Assembly: GCA_029882395.1 (NCBI GenBank)
Contig: JAOUKT010000006.1
Location: 21,915-85,914, forward strand
Origin: Gammaproteobacteria bacterium
Lineage (GTDB): Bacteria; Pseudomonadota; Gammaproteobacteria; SZUA-229
DNA length: 64,000 bases
Reading direction: 5' to 3'
Positions within the stretch are counted from its first letter, which is position 1. Each line of letters begins with the position of its first letter. The position numbers were made by a program, and so were the translations under genes. The notes below the pieces were generated by a model. It had not been told where the DNA came from. It saw only the letters and a program-made list of their open reading frames with translations, and made no database searches. Shown here in pieces: positions 1-9,755 of this stretch.

Positions 1-719
1 TCTTCTCCGGATAAATAAAGTGTACTTTTGATATCAAAACGATAAGTTTTTACTGATTCAATCAGATTGCTATCCTGAATCGTGGCATCAAATTCTTTGT
101 TTGCCAGCTTATCCAGTATTTCATCAAAATCAAGGTGGTTTTGTAGCGACAGTATATTAATTGACGGGTTTCTGTCTTTTAGTTTTTGCGCGGTTTTCCA
201 GAACGAGCTTGATGGTTTAATGGCAATGGTTTTTTTGCTGAGCAGGGATTTTTTATTTATTGGTTTGTCAGATTGTCTCTGTATTAGCTGTTGCTTTACA
301 TGGCGAACGGGCAGAGTGAAATCAACAAATTCTTTGCGATCAGCTGTGACGGTCATATTGGCTGCGATGATGTCGCCATAGCCATCTATTAGTTTTGATA
401 TTAGCTGGTCAAAATCCGGCACATAAACTTTTTTAAGTTTTAAATTATGTTTGTCTGCAAATTCTTTTATCTGATCCAGCTCAAGATCAAGGGGGAAACC
501 TTTTCTAGGTAAGTAAATATTGTTTTCAGATCGCGGAATTAAAACACGTAATTCTTCTTTTTCGAGTATTTGATTGAAATCACCGGTATTTAATAATGCA
601 TTATCATCATTACCAGAACCTGAGCAGCCTGTTAAATTCAGCAGGGTGAATAAAGAGGTTAAAATGATCAGAAATGCATATTTACAGCTTGTTCGATATG
701 TGACTGCGGTTTTAGTCAT
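1..719 (-). CDS. MltF-like periplasmic substrate-binding (family 3) lipoprotein, N-terminal part; runs off the window edge
   Basis: Not in the ORF track. Hand translation from ATG at 719 is open to base 1: MTKTAVTYRTSCKYAFLIILTSLFTLLNLTGC (lipobox LTGC), then GDFNQILEKEELRVLI, DQLISKLIDGYGDIIAANMTVTADRKEFVDFTLP and EILDKLANKEFDATIQDSN, typical of the SBP_bac_3/MltF N-domain. Overlaps the K+ channel stop by 8 nt. Confidence 0.75.
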   Translation of the reverse strand, partial: MTKTAVTYRTSCKYAFLIILTSLFTLLNLTGCSGSGNDDNALLNTGDFNQILEKEELRVLIPRSENNIYLPRKGFPLDLELDQIKEFADKHNLKLKKVYVPDFDQLISKLIDGYGDIIAANMTVTADRKEFVDFTLPVRHVKQQLIQRQSDKPINKKSLLSKKTIAIKPSSSFWKTAQKLKDRNPSINILSLQNHLDFDEILDKLANKEFDATIQDSNLIESVKTYRFDIKSTLYLSGE

Positions 720-2451
720 TATTTCTTCTTTTTTGTTTTGTATTGCCGCGCAAATAACGACCTAGTAGTGAGTCCGGTGAGTTTTTAAGTGACATGACAT
801 AGTTCAGTGTGTGCATGTCATGCAGGCATTGTGAAATGTGGTGTTCCGCCTGGCTTATACCACAAAACAATATTTGATCATCTGCGTGAACGGCAAAGTC
901 ATTATTTGGCAGCAGGAATTTTTGATTATTGCGAACTAGCATTAATGGCAGGCAGTAGATCATCTCTTGTCGTTGTATGGGACTTTTTAACAGGTGTTTC
1001 AGCGCAATTTTGCGACCCTTGCTGAGCGCCTCAAAGACTGCTGGCGAGCCTGTTTTAGTCAGTCTGCTGGTCCAGCAGTGAGGCTTGACTTCACTGATGG
1101 CGCCGCTTAATCTGCTAATGGTGATATTGATCCATTCATTACTCTGTTTGTAGCATTCTTCAAGGAAGTCTATCAGCAGTGGATTAGTCAGCAGGGTTCT
1201 TATCCGTCGTGCAACGATTTCGCTCGGGTGCATAATGATATCGGCAAGTGAAGCTTGAAACAGTTGTTTATTCATCATTTCGTTTTGGCGGGCTACAACA
1301 ACCAGATCGGCATTATACATTTGAGCGGTCATGATGGCTGAAAGGTTGTTTGAGTCGTTATTTGATCCGGCTATCAGTCCGACGGCATCAACCACACCGG
1401 CTTGTTTAAGGGTTGCGACATCGGTACCGGTACCTATGATAAATTGTGTATCATCTCCCGGGTTATTGCGGTAAAACTCGTCTCTTAGTTCAGCAACGGT
1501 ATCAATAATGGTAACACTGTGATGATTTTCTCTGAGGGTTTTATAAATTCTCTGACCTAAACGCCCGTAGCCACATAAAATCCAGTGACCTTCTGAGAAT
1601 GTAATAGGCCGGTCTAAAGAGGTGTCGGGTACCCCGGTCAGCCACTCATTTAATAAATGTAATGAGGAGGATTTCATGGCCATGGCAAAATTGTGGGCAA
1701 AGGTATCATAAGGATTAACAGTGTGGTCGGTATTAAATGACCTCATGTTTTCTTCAAAATCGGTATGTTCTGAACGGCAGATTACCGGTGTTTCCGGGTG
1801 TAATAGTTTGGCTGTGATTGCGATTTTCAAATTACAGCTGTCGGAATTTGTTATTGCAATAACGCCTTTGCAGAGAGGGTGTGATAAGCCGGCATATTCG
1901 AGCTGACTGGGTGTTGTTGCATCGGCTTCAAGACCTGGCACATAAAAAATATAGTCCTGAACTTCGAGTTCTTCAATAGCATGCTGGTTGTTATCAATAA
2001 CAACACAGTTGATGGCTTTTTTCACCAGCCTGTTGACCAGATCCTGGCCGGTCTCTCCGTAACCACAGATGAGATAAAACTTTTTATTAATTTGGCTTAA
2101 ACTGTGTTTAAAGTTTGAATGGATAACCGCTTTCTTGAAGAGGGGTGTCTGTATCAGAGAAACAATTTTACTGATGGCATAAAACCAGCCAAATACGCTG
2201 AAAAATATCGTGATTAATGCCCAGAGTCGCTGCGCATCAGTTAGCGGGTAAGGAATTTCACCAAAGCCAATCGTTGTTGCGGTGAAACTGACAAAATATA
2301 AGGCATGGAAAAAATCCATTCTCCAGACCTGGCCCTGGTCATCAACTCCGGGTATTAATACCATACCGAGTATCGCGATACTAAACACCGTTACAATAAC
2401 AATTAGCGGTGCCCGCATCTGCCTTAAAATGATTGATGTAACAGGGTTCAT
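712..2451 (-). CDS. 2-TM potassium channel with tandem RCK (TrkA-N) domains
   Basis: TM1, pore helix and filter FFHALYFVSFTATTIGFGE, TM2, then two Rossmann motifs ICGYGETG and LCGYGRLG. Confidence 0.9.
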   Translation of the reverse strand: MNPVTSIILRQMRAPLIVIVTVFSIAILGMVLIPGVDDQGQVWRMDFFHALYFVSFTATTIGFGEIPYPLTDAQRLWALITIFFSVFGWFYAISKIVSLIQTPLFKKAVIHSNFKHSLSQINKKFYLICGYGETGQDLVNRLVKKAINCVVIDNNQHAIEELEVQDYIFYVPGLEADATTPSQLEYAGLSHPLCKGVIAITNSDSCNLKIAITAKLLHPETPVICRSEHTDFEENMRSFNTDHTVNPYDTFAHNFAMAMKSSSLHLLNEWLTGVPDTSLDRPITFSEGHWILCGYGRLGQRIYKTLRENHHSVTIIDTVAELRDEFYRNNPGDDTQFIIGTGTDVATLKQAGVVDAVGLIAGSNNDSNNLSAIMTAQMYNADLVVVARQNEMMNKQLFQASLADIIMHPSEIVARRIRTLLTNPLLIDFLEECYKQSNEWINITISRLSGAISEVKPHCWTSRLTKTGSPAVFEALSKGRKIALKHLLKSPIQRQEMIYCLPLMLVRNNQKFLLPNNDFAVHADDQILFCGISQAEHHISQCLHDMHTLNYVMSLKNSPDSLLGRYLRGNTKQKRRNND

Positions 2452-2497
2452 GGCATTATCTTTTTTGATTGTATTGACGGTTGATAAAATTCCCTGG

Positions 2498-2881
2498 CTA
2501 ATGTCTCAGATAGGATGATTCCAGAACCAGCAAGATAACAGAGATGATGTTGGCCAGTACCGCGCCACCGCTTAATGAGACGATGGTAGCCATAGTGGCT
2601 TCGGTGACGCCGGCCGCTTGCATATGCGAGGCGACAGCCCAGACGACAGCAGCAGATATGAGCTGTACGTTTGCCACCAGGCTGGTTGCCAAAAGCATGG
2701 CGCCAAGCTGGGAGCGGTCACCAAATTTCAATATGGTTGCGATCAGGTTGATAACAATCACCGCGTAGAGCTCATAGATATTGTGGTGATCAGGATTGTG
2801 CACATCGCCGTAAAAAAAACCGAAATTCAGAGTAAGAGCCAGAATCATAAAGAAACTAAAGATCACTTTTTCCAGGTTCAT
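2498..2881 (-). CDS. Small integral membrane protein (DUF6394-like), about 4 TM helices
   Basis: 127 aa, hydrophobic; MNLEKVIFSFF..LALTLNFGFFYG, ATILKFGD, LLATSLVA; AAGGA SD upstream; directly upstream of the channel. Family name is from recall. Confidence 0.7.
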   Translation of the reverse strand: MNLEKVIFSFFMILALTLNFGFFYGDVHNPDHHNIYELYAVIVINLIATILKFGDRSQLGAMLLATSLVANVQLISAAVVWAVASHMQAAGVTEATMATIVSLSGGAVLANIISVILLVLESSYLRH

Positions 2882-2946
2882 TGTATTTTTCCTTTTTTGT
2901 CACCCTGGTATGTGGCCCCTGCCAGTGATAGTAGAGGCACAAATAC

Positions 2947-4074
2947 TCAGGTCAGTAAGTTTTTCAGAATTTCTGCGTAAATGACAGAAAGTTGCTCAAG
3001 GTCAGCTATAGAAACGTTTTCATCAATTTGATGAATGCTTTTGTTCAGTGGCCCAAGCTCTATAACCTGTGCGCCAGTAGGTGCTATAAAACGACCGTCT
3101 GAAGTGCCGCCTGCTGTTGACAGCTCTGTGTCGTATCCAGTGACTGATTTTATTGCTGTCTTTGTTGCTTCAACTAGCTGGCCCTGGTCGGTTAGAAATG
3201 GATTACCGGATAAATTCCATTCTATCTCATAGTTTATTTTGTGGCGATCGAGAATGGAGGTGACACGTTGTTTGATTGACTCTTCATTGAGTTCGGTGGA
3301 AAAACGAAAATTAAATAACACTTCAATTTCGCCGGGTATTACATTGGTGGCACCGGTTCCTGAATGCAGATTCGAGATCTGAAAGGTTGTAGCAGGAAAT
3401 GATGAATTGCCTTTATCCCATTCTGTGTTGGTTAGCTCATCTAAAACCGGCATAGCGATATGAACCGGATTTTGAGCAAGATGAGGGTAGGCAACATGGC
3501 CTTGTTTACCCATTATCGTCAAAGTGGCAGAGAGCGAGCCCCGCCGGCCGTTTTTTACAACATCACCCAGTTTGCTGGTACTTGATGGTTCGCCTACAAG
3601 GCACCAGTCAATTTTTTCGCCGCTCGATGCGATGTGTTCTAAAACACGGACAGTGCCATCAGTTGCAGGGCCTTCTTCATCACTGGTAATAAGAAAAGCA
3701 ATCGAACCTTTAGGCTGACCGTAGCGGGCAATAAATGTCTCGCTTGCTGTTATCATTGCCGCCAGGCTGCCTTTCATATCGGCGGTGCCCCTGCCATATA
3801 AGTGACCTTGGTGTTCAGTGGGTTCAAAAGGCGGGAATGTCCATTTTTCAGCGGGGCCGGTAGGGACAACGTCAGTATGTCCTGCAAATGCAAATAAAGG
3901 CGCCTCAGTACCCAGACGGGCCCATAAGTTGGTGACACCGTTACTTTTTAGATGAGTAATCTCAAAGCCAATTTTTTTCAGGCGCTCTGCCATCAGTTGC
4001 TGGCAGCCGGCGTCTTCAGGTGTGACAGACTGGCGTGCAATCAAGTCTTTAGTAAGTTCCAGCGTGCTCGACAT
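2947..4074 (-). CDS. dapE: Succinyl-diaminopimelate desuccinylase
   Basis: [42 protein letters not shown]. Confidence 0.97.
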   Translation of the reverse strand: MSSTLELTKDLIARQSVTPEDAGCQQLMAERLKKIGFEITHLKSNGVTNLWARLGTEAPLFAFAGHTDVVPTGPAEKWTFPPFEPTEHQGHLYGRGTADMKGSLAAMITASETFIARYGQPKGSIAFLITSDEEGPATDGTVRVLEHIASSGEKIDWCLVGEPSSTSKLGDVVKNGRRGSLSATLTIMGKQGHVAYPHLAQNPVHIAMPVLDELTNTEWDKGNSSFPATTFQISNLHSGTGATNVIPGEIEVLFNFRFSTELNEESIKQRVTSILDRHKINYEIEWNLSGNPFLTDQGQLVEATKTAIKSVTGYDTELSTAGGTSDGRFIAPTGAQVIELGPLNKSIHQIDENVSIADLEQLSVIYAEILKNLLT

Positions 4075-4109
4075 TGTATTGTGTTACCGTAATATGAAAA
4101 ATGGTCAAA

Positions 4110-4118
4110 ATTTTAACA
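4110..4118 (-). promoter_or_regulatory. Putative extended -10 promoter for dapE
   Basis: Minus strand TGTTAAAAT about 35 nt upstream of the dapE ATG. Confidence 0.4.
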
Positions 4119-4147
4119 TATTGTTTTATAAAAGTTTGGTTTTATAA

Positions 4148-5311
4148 CTATTCGGCATCTCTTTGATAAGCAGCCATAAATTCTGTCTGTAGTGATTCAA
4201 GTTCTTTGTTGAGTTTTTCGTACTCGATATCTTTGTCTTCTATTAATAACTCGAGTTCGCTGATTTTGTTACGCAACTGGTCAGGGTTCATGTCGCTTAC
4301 TCTTACGCCATCAATATCAACAGCCATGTTGTTTGCGCCGTGAATAGACTCAAGCTCTTCCATCAGTCGCTGGTTTTCCATTTCAAGAACTTCAATGCAC
4401 ATACTGGTTTCTTTTTGTGACTCGACTAGCTCTTCCAGCTGCTTTTGCAGAAGGCTATTCTCTGTCATATCAGTATTACCCTCTCTGAGAGATTTTAATA
4501 AGGCATTAATTTTTGAGCCCTGACCATATATAATGTCTTTAAGTTTGTTGACTTCAGTATTGACCTTGTGTGATTTTTTCTCAACAAAAAACGACTTTTC
4601 ACTGTCGACAAGAGTAGCTTGCCTGGCCTCATAGTTCTCGCCAAAGTCCAGGTGTTTACGCAGCTTGTTTTCAAGGTCGGATATGTTTTCATTGAGGTTG
4701 TGGTAATCGGCCTGAGCATTTTTTATTATCTCAACCTGGTCTGGTGCAAGTTTCTCATCGCTAAGCAGAGAGTCGAGCATGGCCTGCAGTGTCACATTGG
4801 ATTCAACAGACTTGTCGAGCTTTTCCTGCATTTCTCGCAGAATTTCTTCAAGGTACTCATTGGGGTCAGGAGGTGCGATATCCAAATCGACCCCATCACT
4901 TCCGCTGCCTCCGGCACGGTTTTTTGGCATAAGCTTGTTAATGTTTTCAGAAAGGTGGTGCCAAAACAGTTCTTTGTTACCGGCGCTCTCCTCAAAAGCA
5001 TTGATTTCTGCATTAAGATAGCTGGAGCGAAATTTTAGCATGCTGCGGATCTTTGTTTCCTTGGATGAGTTGTCTTTGTCCTGGTCTTCGGACAGCTCTA
5101 ATTCATTGTCATCTAATGTGGTGGTGTGTCTGTCGGTTTTGATAATTTCTTTTTTTAGCAGATCAAAAAAGAAATTTTTTGATAATGAAGCACGTAAATC
5201 ATCAAAGGCTTTCTTAAGTTTTTTATGTTTGCGCATCAAATAGACAATGATGAGCAGCAATATGGCAAAAGATTCAACAATGACAAGTCCTGTCAGCAAA
5301 GAAATATTCAT
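4148..5311 (-). CDS. Hypothetical N-terminally membrane-anchored acidic coiled-coil protein
   Basis: One hydrophobic segment (about aa 3-26) followed by RKHKKLKK, a GGSGSDG linker and long E/L/Q-rich heptad segments. Confidence 0.75.
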   Translation of the reverse strand: MNISLLTGLVIVESFAILLLIIVYLMRKHKKLKKAFDDLRASLSKNFFFDLLKKEIIKTDRHTTTLDDNELELSEDQDKDNSSKETKIRSMLKFRSSYLNAEINAFEESAGNKELFWHHLSENINKLMPKNRAGGSGSDGVDLDIAPPDPNEYLEEILREMQEKLDKSVESNVTLQAMLDSLLSDEKLAPDQVEIIKNAQADYHNLNENISDLENKLRKHLDFGENYEARQATLVDSEKSFFVEKKSHKVNTEVNKLKDIIYGQGSKINALLKSLREGNTDMTENSLLQKQLEELVESQKETSMCIEVLEMENQRLMEELESIHGANNMAVDIDGVRVSDMNPDQLRNKISELELLIEDKDIEYEKLNKELESLQTEFMAAYQRDAE

Positions 5312-5317
5312 TATTAG

Positions 5318-6811
5318 TTACTCATCATCGTCTTCGTTTTTGGCAGCTTGTTTTGATTTTTTAATTTTAATAATCAGAAATATTGCGAGTGCAATGATTA
5401 TAATAAGCACATTGACAGCCATAAATATCAGCATGGAAAAAAGAAAATCATCTTCTTCTTCAGCGGTTTCAACAGCCGGTGTTTTTTCAGCTGCTGGTTT
5501 TTTAATCGCTTCTTCAACAGCAGGTTCGGCCGGTGTTTCATTGGCTACTGGGGTAACGGCCGTCTCTTTTACTTCTGCTATACCTTTGGATGCGAATGAA
5601 AATGTCTTCTGGCGTTCAAAGGTCTGGCTTTTAAGAGTAATCGTTGCGAAATAAGTGCCTTTTTCTTTAGGAGTATGGCTGGCGAGAAACAGTCCCGACA
5701 GACTTTCTTCGTTAATAATCATTCCCATCGGTGCGGCTATTGTTTGTTCGGATGGAGTGGATAATTCAATTTTAGCTTCTATTGAATCTAATATGGCCGA
5801 TTCGGTGACTGTTTTTTCATCTTTTTCCAGCCAGGCCTGGGCCTGCAGCTTGCTGGTATTGTTTTCATCTACGAAATCGAATTTAGACTGCATTTTCATG
5901 TCAGCCACAATGTAGGCTTTATTGTTGTTGTCACTGAATAATATTTTCCATTCACCTGCCATCGGTTTCTTGATGGTGATCATGTCAAACGTGTCTGAGA
6001 TAAACCATTTTATATTTTTATCAGTAACTGACGCATCAAACCGTGTCTGGGCCGGGTCTTCTAGAAAAATTTTGCTGTCCGTTGCTGCTTTGTTAGCAAC
6101 AATGGTGATTTCCCGGATGCTTTTATCGGCTAAGAATTTGTTTTCAGATAGCGGCAGCATGTCGGGCTGTTTGCTTTCTTCAAAGATGCTGGTAAATGCA
6201 AGGTGCAGATCTTTATCGTTGGTGGCAACTTTACAAAACCCTTCCGTTCTTTCTGCTAATGTTGTTAAAAGGTCTCTGTCCGAGCCTTCTGTAAATGCAA
6301 TGGAATAGACTTTGATATTATTTGCATTTAATTTAGGTATGGTTTCTTCGAGCAGTCGCCTTGATAGATCATTTGATTTTTTGTCATTGCCGACATCCAT
6401 TTTTCCGTCAGATAGCAAGATGATGACCTGGTCATTGTCGGATTTGTTTCTGGACAGTATTTTATAGCCGCGTTCAATGGCCGCATGAATGTTTGTGTGA
6501 ATGCCTTTGGTTGATACTTTGTCGGTTGCATTCAGTGTGCGCTGCAAGTTTTTATCATTATTGAGTGTGTTTAAATAGGTGATAGGGTAACCGTTATCAC
6601 TGAAGCTCATAATGCTGACTCGATCAGCTTCGCTCAGCAATGAGATAAATAATTTTGCCGCAGGTTTTCTAAGGCTGTTGGGGTCAGTTTTTTTCATGCT
6701 GCCGGAGCTGTCAATGATGACCACTGCATCAATGGCTTTGTTCTCCGCCAGTGCATTACCGCACAGTGTAAAAAGTAAACCGCTGATTAATGTTAAAATC
6801 AGTTTATTCAT
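5318..6811 (-). CDS. Secreted VWA-domain protein with TIGR03503-like middle domain and C-terminal TM anchor
   Basis: Probable start MNKLIL at 6811 with signal peptide ending ALA; MIDAS DSSGSM..T..LSDG; LPLSENKF..DKSIREITI and WF..FDMITIKKPMAGEW recall TIGR03503; P/A/E linker, TM helix and basic tail. Confidence 0.8.
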   Translation of the reverse strand: MNKLILTLISGLLFTLCGNALAENKAIDAVVIIDSSGSMKKTDPNSLRKPAAKLFISLLSEADRVSIMSFSDNGYPITYLNTLNNDKNLQRTLNATDKVSTKGIHTNIHAAIERGYKILSRNKSDNDQVIILLSDGKMDVGNDKKSNDLSRRLLEETIPKLNANNIKVYSIAFTEGSDRDLLTTLAERTEGFCKVATNDKDLHLAFTSIFEESKQPDMLPLSENKFLADKSIREITIVANKAATDSKIFLEDPAQTRFDASVTDKNIKWFISDTFDMITIKKPMAGEWKILFSDNNNKAYIVADMKMQSKFDFVDENNTSKLQAQAWLEKDEKTVTESAILDSIEAKIELSTPSEQTIAAPMGMIINEESLSGLFLASHTPKEKGTYFATITLKSQTFERQKTFSFASKGIAEVKETAVTPVANETPAEPAVEEAIKKPAAEKTPAVETAEEEDDFLFSMLIFMAVNVLIIIIALAIFLIIKIKKSKQAAKNEDDDE

Positions 6812-6988
6812 CTGAAGTTGCCTTTGTTTCATTAGTTGCACTTTTAATAACGTTATTTGTTATCTGGCATTAGGTTATTGAGTTAGTAGGTTGATAATTA
6901 AAGAGTTTAGACGCAATATTGGCATAATTCAGCTATTTTGTAGCTGAATATGGTCAGAATGAGACTAAAAAGACTCTGATTGCTGCAA

Positions 6989-9685
6989 TTATGACTCATC
7001 AAGGTAAGAAATAAGGCTTTTGGTAATAGCGTCTTGTTGATCGGTTGCGGTGATGGGCTGATTATTTAAATCTGTGATATGGAATAAATCGTCTGCTTTT
7101 TCACCCATGGTTGATATTTTGGCGTTATGGACCTGAATCTTGTTATCGACAAATGCGCGGCTAATTCTGGCGAGTAATCCCGGTTTGTCAGAGGAAATGA
7201 TTTCAATGATCGAGCGGTTTTTGGCCGGTTCCTGATAGAAGCTGACTTGTGTGGGTACAGAAAAGTGTTTATTAATTCTGTGTGTGATTTGTGAGGGCTT
7301 AACCGCTGCAATGTCATTCTTAAGCAATAATGTTTCTAATTTTTCCTGGATCTCTTTAAGCCTGTCAGCGATGCTGGAGGGGTCACTTTCTTCATACAAT
7401 GCCTGAAAGATATCCAGCGTATTAACATCTTCATCGGTTGTCATAATAAAGGCGTCTACGATGTTCAGGCTCAGTTGATCAAGAGCAGAAGTGGTTCTTG
7501 CAAACTGGCCATCAATATTTTTCATGTAAATGCTGATTTCAATCGTACCCTTATCAGTCTGAGGTACTAAACTGATGACGGGCAGCTTGTTTTTATCGGC
7601 TTTTAATACCATTAAGATATGCCGTGCAATTTCATCGGGGGTATAACGCAGGAAATATTCCCCGCTGAAGTGCCGCCAGATTGCTTCAGTTTGTTCCGGT
7701 GTGCAACCTTTCTTAGCCAGTATATTCAGGCTGCTTTGCTGAGACTGGCGGATGCTTTTTTCGATAGCGACTGATGTTTGTATACCCAGGCGCAATACAA
7801 CAGATGTCTTATTATAAAGCTCTGCCAGCAAGCTGTCTTTCCAGCTATTCCAGGTGGTTGGGTTGGTGCCGCGAATGTCGGCTACCGTTAACAGGTAGAG
7901 GTAATCTAACTGTTTCTGATTGCCGACATTTTCCGCGAAGTTGTTAATCACGTCAGGATCGCTGATGTCTTTTCGTTGCGCTGTGACCGACATGACAAGG
8001 TGATTTTTAACCAGCCATGATACCAGTTCAGAATCGGATTCATGCAGGTTGTGCTGCAGACAAAACGCCCTGGCATCGACAGCGCCGAGTTCAGAATGAT
8101 CGCCGCCGCGACCTTTGGCAATGTCATGAAACAGGCCGGCGAGATAAAGCAGTTCTGGTTTTTCTATGTGATTAAAAACAGCGCTGCATAACGGGTATTC
8201 GTGCAAAAATTCAGCGGCTGAAAATCGTCTTAAGTTTCGCACCACGGAAAGAGTGTGCTCATCTACGGTGTAAGCATGGAATAAGTCATACTGCATGCGA
8301 CCGACAATTTTTTCAAACGCAGGCACATAGGCTGCCAGTATGCCGTAGCGGTTCATGCGACGAAGTTCGTGTGTGACACCTTCCGGAGCGCTAATGATAT
8401 TCATGAATATTTTTTTAGCTTTTTCTAACTGCAGAAAGTCTTTATCTATTAAATGCAGGTTTTCTCGAATCAGGCGTATGGTTTCAGCGCGCACGCCGAG
8501 TATTTCCTGATTCAGTTCCAGTAATAAAAAGATTTCCAGTAATGCCGTTGGTTCATGGATAAAAATATCCTTGTGCCGGGCGCTGATATAACCATGGATA
8601 ATTTGAAAGCGGGTGTTAATAATTTGAGGTTCTGTGCTTTGGTTTGAAAATAAAATCGCTTCTTTTAATAACTGCAAAAGCATTTCGTTTAAACGGCCAA
8701 GCTCAATTACTGTGCGGTAATAACGCTGCATAAAACTTTCGATTGCCAGGTTGTTGGGGCCATCTTCGTAACCATATTCGAGAGCAAGTTCGCGCTGAAA
8801 ATCAAACAAAAGCCGGTCTTCCCGTCTTCCTGTGAGGTAATGCAGGCTGGTCCTGATTTCCCAGAGCAATTTGGTGCCTGCTTCCAGTAGTTCAAATTCT
8901 TCGGCCGTGAGAAAACCATGATTGATCAGTTCGGACAATGAGTTAGCACCAAAGTGTCTTTTTGCGACCCATCCAATCATTTGAATGTCACGTAAACCGC
9001 CGCGGCTTTCTTTGATATTGGGCTCTAGTTTGAAAGCAGAGCTTTCAAACTTTATATGACGGGCGTGCTGTTCGTTGAGTTTGCCTTCAAAGAACAGCTT
9101 GCTGTCCCAGATATTTTTTGTTGAGGTGATTTCCAGCATTTGAGAGTACAGCGACTGGCAACCGGTGATTAACCTTGATTCGGTTATATTGGTAATAACC
9201 GTGATATCTTTAGAGGCTTCGTCGTTGCATTCATTGATGGTTCGGACGCTGTGGCCGATTTCCAGTTTGATATCCCACAGCAGCATTAAAAACTGCTCAA
9301 TCAGTTCGTTATATTGTTCGTTGTGCTCATCTGCCAACAAGATCATCAGATCGACATCAGAATGGGGGTGCAGTTCGCCTCGTCCATAACCGCCTGTGGC
9401 AATAATGGATAGTTTTTGCAGGGCCGGTCCGAATTTAAGTTCGGCGACCTGCTGAATGACTAAATCAACGAGCAGGCTTCGTCCAAAGACGACCTGATAG
9501 GCATTGTGGTGTTGCTGGAAGTGTGTTTTTAGTAGTTGCTGACCATCGGCGACTGTTTGTTTTAGTGTATTCAATGCCGATGCAGGCTGTTGTTTGATCT
9601 TCTGCTTGCAGTCGGCAACAGAGCGCAATTTTTTTTCTAATGTAGCTTCCAGCTGGTATTTGTTTTTCATTAAATACTGTGTCAT
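6989..9685 (-). CDS. glnD: [Protein-PII] uridylyltransferase/uridylyl-removing enzyme
   Basis: GGYGRGELHPHSDVDL nucleotidyltransferase motif, EPNIKESRGGLRD, HD domain FHDIAKGRGG, two C-terminal ACT domains; next to map. Confidence 0.97.
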   Translation of the reverse strand: MTQYLMKNKYQLEATLEKKLRSVADCKQKIKQQPASALNTLKQTVADGQQLLKTHFQQHHNAYQVVFGRSLLVDLVIQQVAELKFGPALQKLSIIATGGYGRGELHPHSDVDLMILLADEHNEQYNELIEQFLMLLWDIKLEIGHSVRTINECNDEASKDITVITNITESRLITGCQSLYSQMLEITSTKNIWDSKLFFEGKLNEQHARHIKFESSAFKLEPNIKESRGGLRDIQMIGWVAKRHFGANSLSELINHGFLTAEEFELLEAGTKLLWEIRTSLHYLTGRREDRLLFDFQRELALEYGYEDGPNNLAIESFMQRYYRTVIELGRLNEMLLQLLKEAILFSNQSTEPQIINTRFQIIHGYISARHKDIFIHEPTALLEIFLLLELNQEILGVRAETIRLIRENLHLIDKDFLQLEKAKKIFMNIISAPEGVTHELRRMNRYGILAAYVPAFEKIVGRMQYDLFHAYTVDEHTLSVVRNLRRFSAAEFLHEYPLCSAVFNHIEKPELLYLAGLFHDIAKGRGGDHSELGAVDARAFCLQHNLHESDSELVSWLVKNHLVMSVTAQRKDISDPDVINNFAENVGNQKQLDYLYLLTVADIRGTNPTTWNSWKDSLLAELYNKTSVVLRLGIQTSVAIEKSIRQSQQSSLNILAKKGCTPEQTEAIWRHFSGEYFLRYTPDEIARHILMVLKADKNKLPVISLVPQTDKGTIEISIYMKNIDGQFARTTSALDQLSLNIVDAFIMTTDEDVNTLDIFQALYEESDPSSIADRLKEIQEKLETLLLKNDIAAVKPSQITHRINKHFSVPTQVSFYQEPAKNRSIIEIISSDKPGLLARISRAFVDNKIQVHNAKISTMGEKADDLFHITDLNNQPITATDQQDAITKSLISYLDES

Positions 9686-9727
9686 GGTTGATTATTAAGG
9701 CTTGTGGTCAGTGAGCCTGGTTTTATT

Positions 9728-9745
9728 GCTGCTGCTGGCAGCAGC
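9728..9745. other. GC-rich hairpin between map and glnD
   Basis: GCTGCTG-N4-CAGCAGC; no U-tract in the map direction, so more likely a stability or processing element than a terminator. Confidence 0.35.
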
Positions 9746-9755
9746 GGCTTTATCG

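Noticed and set aside
82..381. 99-aa plus-strand ORF (and 574..765)
   Set aside because: Antisense shadows of the MltF-like gene on the minus strand.
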